Shown here piece by piece: positions 63,784-64,000 of a stretch of DNA of 64,000 nt. Positions within the stretch are counted from its first letter, which is position 1. Each line of letters starts with the position of its first letter. The DNA comes from an uncultured Gemmatimonadota bacterium (GTDB taxonomy: Bacteria > Gemmatimonadota > Gemmatimonadetes > Palauibacterales > Palauibacteraceae). A program made the translations under genes and the position numbers. The notes under the pieces were generated by a model, which saw only the letters and a list, made by a program, of their open reading frames with translations, was not told the DNA's origin and did no database searches. The DNA lies in the NCBI GenBank assembly GCA_964509895.1, contig CAZDZJ010000119.1:817-64816 (forward strand), read 5' to 3'.

Positions 63784-64000
63784 GTGGACTTCGAGGCGGC
63801 GTACAAGAGCCACTGGGCGCCACTCTTCCGGTATGTCGACCGGTTGGTGGGTGACGCCGACCTTGCGGCGGACGTCGTACAGGAGGCGTTCGTTCGGCTG
63901 CTGGACCGGAGCCTTCCGAACGAGGAGGTGCGACGCTGGCTGTTCACGGTTGCCACGAACCTGGTGCGGGACGACGCCCGCATGAGCGCGCGACGGCGAC
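63784..64000 (+). CDS. ECF (sigma-70 family) RNA polymerase sigma factor, N-terminal part (continues past window end)
   Basis: The frame from GTG 63784 reads VDFEAAYKSHWAPLFRYVDRLVGDADLAADVVQEAFVRLLDRSLPNEEVRRWLFTVATNLVRDD, a region-2 pattern. It is not in the ORF track because it has no stop inside the window. Confidence 0.75.
   Translation, partial: MDFEAAYKSHWAPLFRYVDRLVGDADLAADVVQEAFVRLLDRSLPNEEVRRWLFTVATNLVRDDARMSARRR

Noticed and set aside
63719-63985. The 88-aa + strand ORF from the track at the window end.
   Set aside because: It is an Arg/Thr/Trp-rich junk frame. The neighbouring frame, starting at GTG 63784, gives a clean ECF sigma region-2 sequence.
1-64000. CRISPR arrays, tRNA or rRNA genes, IS elements, transposases and integrases.
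   Set aside because: On reading the intergenic regions I saw no regularly spaced repeats, no cloverleaf-like or rRNA-like segments and no transposase or integrase ORFs. All the gaps are short (mostly under 200 bp). A tRNAscan or Infernal run would be needed to exclude small RNAs formally.

Overview
This is a high-G+C (about 70% by eye, not computed), densely coding bacterial chromosomal segment with roughly 50 genes. I saw no rRNA, tRNA, CRISPR array or intact transposase. The DUF1592/DUF1552 pair, the many TAT/lipoprotein signals and the TRAP genes weakly suggest a Gemmatimonadota- or Planctomycetota-like environmental bacterium. Layout: (1) 1-447, edge of an MFS transporter. (2) 721-8702 (+), a tightly coupled beta-oxidation-like operon (crotonase, thiolase, crotonase, GNAT, 3-hydroxyacyl-CoA dehydrogenase, class-III aminotransferase, SDR), followed by a discrete carrier protein and an alpha/beta hydrolase. 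(3) 8737-20750 (-), a 10.3-kb type I PKS translationally coupled to a permease that carries an extra cytosolic domain. (4) 20888-25446 (+), a secreted creatininase-fold hydrolase, a flippase-like membrane protein, a PLD/cardiolipin-synthase-like enzyme and a YkvI-like membrane protein. (5) 25531-31232, a DUF1592/DUF1552/ankyrin trio. (6) An ABC-F ATPase, an SLC13 permease with four TrkA-C domains and an APC permease with two Usp domains. (7) A convergent ACAD10/11-type dehydrogenase and APH-type kinase pair. (8) 40519-47029 (-), Rieske oxygenase alpha/beta, TRAP dctQ/dctM, a second copy of the unusual permease, and dctP. (9) YciI, and a TPR lipoprotein/TlpA redoxin split by one in-frame TAA. 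(10) A Na+/solute symporter. (11) An orphan RHH antitoxin-like gene next to an AT-richer island of decayed methyltransferase and ATPase fragments. (12) A TAT class-V aminotransferase, mazEF, a cupin and two tandem amidohydrolases. (13) A crotonase, rpmA, rplU (with a C-terminal E3-binding-like domain), rng, an acyl-CoA dehydrogenase and the start of an ECF sigma factor. The best candidate for an undescribed system is the PKS locus. It has one highly reducing, C-methylating module, ends in a degenerate KS-AT pair with no release domain, and is wired to a permease with a pseudo-GHKL domain, a discrete ACP/hydrolase pair and membrane-lipid enzymes. Many very long ORFs in the track are antisense shadow ORFs typical of high-G+C DNA and were rejected.
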